In this document: positions 60,658-64,000 of the stretch, piece by piece
How the letters are laid out: the number at the start of each line of letters is the position of its first letter
Numbering within the stretch: the first letter of the stretch is position 1
From: Caecitellus pseudoparvulus
Lineage: Eukaryota; Protista; Bigyra: Bicosoecida
Direction: 5' to 3'
NCBI GenBank assembly: GCA_965644315.1
Contig: CBFFRQ010000062.1
Span: forward strand, 186,001-250,000
Length of the DNA stretch: 64,000 bases
Position numbers and translations under genes: made by a program
Notes under the pieces: model-generated
The model's database searches: none
Told to the model about the DNA's origin: nothing
What the model saw: the letters and a program-made list of their open reading frames with translations, nothing else

Positions 60658-61333
60658 ATGCGCATCGAGCAGGTCATCAAGACCAACATGCACTTCATCA
60701 TCCCCGTGCTGGTCGTGGCTGGCTTCGGCCTCGCGTACAACCTGCTGGGCGGCGCCGCGGCACTGCTGTACGTCGCTGGTGTCATTGGCGCCGTGTACCA
60801 CTTCAGCCAGCCGGAGCAGACCAAAATCAGCGTGGAGTCCGCGACGTCCTATGCTGACGAGCTTATCGCCGAGGAGCAGGCACAGCTGGCCGCAGAGGCC
60901 GCCTCCAGCTCCAAGAAGGTGCGCCGCGTGGCCTGTGCGGAAATTGCCGCCACCGCCCTGTCAGTGTGCCCCGCCCTCGCCCGCCGCAGGACAAGAAGAA
61001 GGGGTCCAAGAAGGGCGCCTCCATCTCCAAGAAGCAGCAGGCTGCTGAGGACGCCATCAACGCCTCCAGTGCAGCGGACGAGGACGATGATGATGACGAC
61101 CTCCTGCACCTGGCTGCCCAGCAAGGCAACGCCGTGAGTGGGCGTCCCCCGCCACCCGCCGCCGACACACTCACACACACGCGCGCTTTCCGCCCTGCTG
61201 TGCACAGGAGGCGCGTGCGCGGCTCAAGCTGAAGCAGGAGAGCGCGGGTGGCTCGCAGGGCGGCAGCGGCAGCGCAGGCAAGGGTGGCAGCTCCAAGGGC
61301 AAGGCACGCCGCCGCCGGGGGGGACACAGGTAG
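60658..61333 (+). CDS. Small membrane protein (N-terminal TM hairpin, charged tail); introns ~60919-60989 and ~61134-61207
   Basis: FIIPVLVVAGFGLAYNLLGGAAALLYVAGVIGAVYHF, then K-rich, D-rich and G/S-rich segments after splicing; TAG at 61331-61333. Confidence 0.6.
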
Positions 61334-61368
61334 ACCCGTCGCCCCCAGCCACCACAATGCATGCACAG

Positions 61369-61400
61369 CACGGCGACACGGCGACACGGCGACACGGCGA
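61369..61400 (+). repeat. Perfect 8-bp tandem repeat (CACGGCGA)x4, intergenic or 3' UTR
   Basis: cacggcga cacggcga cacggcga cacggcga seen directly. Confidence 0.9.
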
Positions 61401-61550
61401 GCGGGGCGGGTCCGGGCTGGGCGTGCACTGGCGCGAAGCAGGCAAATCCACCCCCACCGCACAGTGACACCGCCACTGCCCAGCAGGGAGCGCTTGCACG
61501 CCGCCCGCGCCCGTGTCCAGAGCCTGCCTGCGCCCGTGTCCAGCGGCGCC

Positions 61551-63581
61551 ATGCCGCCCCCCCAAGCCGTCATCTGCGAGGTGTGCGGCGGCAAGTTCTT
61601 CAAACACAGCTACGCACACCACCTGAAGCAATGCATCAAGAAGAAGGAAGCGCAGACCGTCATGTGCGACTGGTGTGGCCACGCCATCAGCAAGGACGAG
61701 TACGCCTCCCACACGCCGGCGTGCAAGGCCGCCCACAAGGGTCGCAAGGCCAAGCCTCGCAAGGGGGCCAGTGCCGTCTCCGACCGCGCCAAGAAGAAGC
61801 TCGCTGCCATGGAGGAAGCCAAGGCAGCGGGCAAGTCTGCAGCAGATATCGCCATGCCCCCTGACAAGAGCATGCTGGGCGGCGTCTTTGACCCGTTCGC
61901 AAACCTCGATGTGCGTTTCGCTTCCGTTACGCGATCCTGCCACGCCGACACACCGGCCGGCCCCCACACGAGCACAGGCGGTCCTGGAGGCCCAAGGCGC
62001 CTTTGAAGAGGTGGATGCACGTGTTCCATGCAAGCACTGCTCCAGGAAGTTCAACCCTGACCGCATCGCCAAGCACGAGCTCATCTGCGGCAAGGTGGAC
62101 AAGAAGAAACGCCGGCCCGTGAAGGCAGACAAGTGGCGCCTGGAGGGCACGGACTTTGCAGAGCACTACGACAAGGACCGTGCCGCGGCGGACGCCGAAC
62201 GTGTCAAGGCAGCCAAGGCTGCTGCCTCCGAGAAGTGGCGTGCGGAGCACGCACAGTTGCAGGAGGTGGCAGCGGTGTCTGCAGGCGGAGGTGGTGCCGC
62301 CGCCCCCGCCGCAGCCACCCCCGCCATCGTCATCGACGGCGCCCCAGCCGAGCCCCTCCCATCGCCCACCCCCCCTGCCGCCGCCCCAGCGCCCCCCTCC
62401 CCCGCCCCTGCGGACACGGGCGCGGACACGGGCGCCGGGGCGGCATCCCCTCCAGCCCCCGCCCCAGCCCCCCCCAGCACTGCACCTGCAGCACCAGTCA
62501 CGGGAGATGGCCCGTCCAGCCCTGTGGCAGCAGCGGAGGGGCAGGGGGGTACAGCCCCCCCTGCACCCCCCCGCACCAAGCTTCGAGTGGGGGACCGCGT
62601 GGTGACAGCGGATGGGCGGAAGGGCGTGGTGCAGTTCAAGGGGCCCGTGTGGGGCCTGAAGAAGGGCAACTGGTACGGCGTGGAGCTGGACCAGGCCCTG
62701 GGCAAGTACGACGGTAGCTTCCGGGAACAGAAGTACTTCGTGTGTGCCCCCAACCACGGCATCTTCATGCGGGCATCGGGGCTCACTTCCCTGGCACAGG
62801 AACAGGCTGCCGAACTCGCTGCTGCGTTGCAGGAGGAGAAGGACGCCGCGGCCAAGGCGTACGAACAGCAGAAACGCGTGCGGGAGCGCTTGGCTGCCAA
62901 GGCTGCTGCGGGGGCCTCCTCTGCCCCCCCAGCGGCAGCGGCAGCGGCAGGGGGGGGGCGCCGTGGACCCAGTGGGGGGGGTGTGAGGGGGGGCGGAAGA
63001 AGGCGGCCCCAGGCAGCCGCCCCGGCAGTGGCGCCGCCAAGCCTGGCATGGCCTCCAAACTGCGCACCAGCACTGCATCCTCCCGCCCCGCTGGCAGCGG
63101 CGCGGCGGCAGTTCGCGGGTTGGCGGGCACCTCCCGCCCCGGCAGCGGCCGGCGAGCGGCCGTGCCCCGCCGCAAACCAACGCCCTCCACGGGCCCCTCC
63201 CCTGCGGAGGAGGCTCGCAAGGCCCGTCTGGCAGCTGACGCAGACATGCTGGCGGCACTGGAGGGGCGTGCCCCGGCCCCGACCCCTGCCCAGGCTGCTG
63301 CGGCGGCGGCCAAGGCCAAGGGGCGGGTGACACGACCCACGTCCAGCGGGTCCACAGGGGGGGGTGGACGTCGGTTTGCAGGGGGGGGTGGGCGTCTCGG
63401 TGCGGGAGGTGGGCCCACCAAGCCCAGATCTGGCGCCACCCGCCGCCCGGCTGCAGGCGCCAAGGCGGGGCAGACCAGTGGCGCCAAGGCAGGCGCCAAG
63501 CCAGCGGCGGGCTCCACGGCCAAGGCTGGCATGAGTGACAGGGAGAAGCGGGCGGCGTACTTTGCAGCGCGCATGGGGTGA
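61551..63581 (+). CDS. C2HC zinc finger + CAP-Gly domain protein; intron 61911-61977; apparent frameshift in homopolymer runs at ~62924-62993
   Basis: CEVCGGKF..HLKQC, CDWCGHAI..HTPAC, CKHCSRKFNPDRIAKHELIC; LRVGDRV..GVVQFKG..WYGVELDQALGKYDGSFREQKYFVCAPNHGIF; basic tail ends AAYFAARMG* in another frame. Confidence 0.85.
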
Positions 63582-64000
63582 AGGGGCCTGTGCACGCACC
63601 GGGGGGCGGTGTGCAGCGGCCCGTGGCCAGGTGTGAGAGCTCACGAATGCACTGCAGTGTGCTGCTTGCGGGGTTTGAGCGGGTTGCGTTGCATTGGTTC
63701 CCTGAACGTATGCTTGATGTACAAGGCACTTGCCTGTACCTGTCGAGGGGCACCCGTGGAGGCATGCGTGCAGCATGGTGCATGTCGCGGGCTGGCGACG
63801 AGGAGGCGAGGAGAGGGTGGAGCCAGTGCGCCACCTTCCGCTCGCGTGGAACGCTTCCGAAGCTTCCCGCACGGTTGCCGAGGGGGGTGCTCTGACCGCA
63901 GCAAACGCGTCAAGCTTCCAAACCTTCAGCTCCAACAATCAACCAAACCCCCCACCTGCAGTTTCAGCAGCCTTCCTGCGGCACTCCCCTCCCCTCCACG

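Noticed and set aside
61369-61400. Short tandem repeats as a possible CRISPR or telomere-like array
   Set aside because: Only four 8-bp units, no spacers, eukaryotic context; an ordinary short tandem repeat.
859-61977. Introner-like mobile introns
   Set aside because: Introns share length and GTG(C/A)G...CAG ends, but I saw no shared internal sequence, terminal inverted repeats or target-site duplications.

Overview
GC-rich, very compact eukaryotic nuclear DNA, not prokaryotic. It holds about 21 protein-coding genes split by short GT-AG introns (mostly 60-75 nt, up to about 110 nt). Gene content (pentafunctional AROM, ATG6, HAT1, kinesin, MORN, CAP-Gly and ARM proteins, NDUFAF1) fits a heterotrophic flagellated protist, possibly a stramenopile; this is inference, not verified. 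I saw no rRNA, tRNA, CRISPR or transposase. Gene models were spliced by eye. Most notable observations: (1) all six tail-to-tail gene pairs have stop codons within 52 bp, one pair overlapping; (2) a hexamer AATGCA(C) lies 14-68 nt downstream of the stop in 9 genes, a candidate non-canonical and possibly bidirectional polyadenylation signal; (3) a ~3,200-aa receptor-like protein has each Notch-type LNR module followed by a pair of RxL protease sites; (4) a 9-mer AATTTCCGC recurs in non-coding DNA; (5) a class II HDAC has a split RanBP2-type zinc finger; (6) a ~4,200-aa ARM gene sits in a G/C-homopolymer island and is broken by single-base frameshifts.
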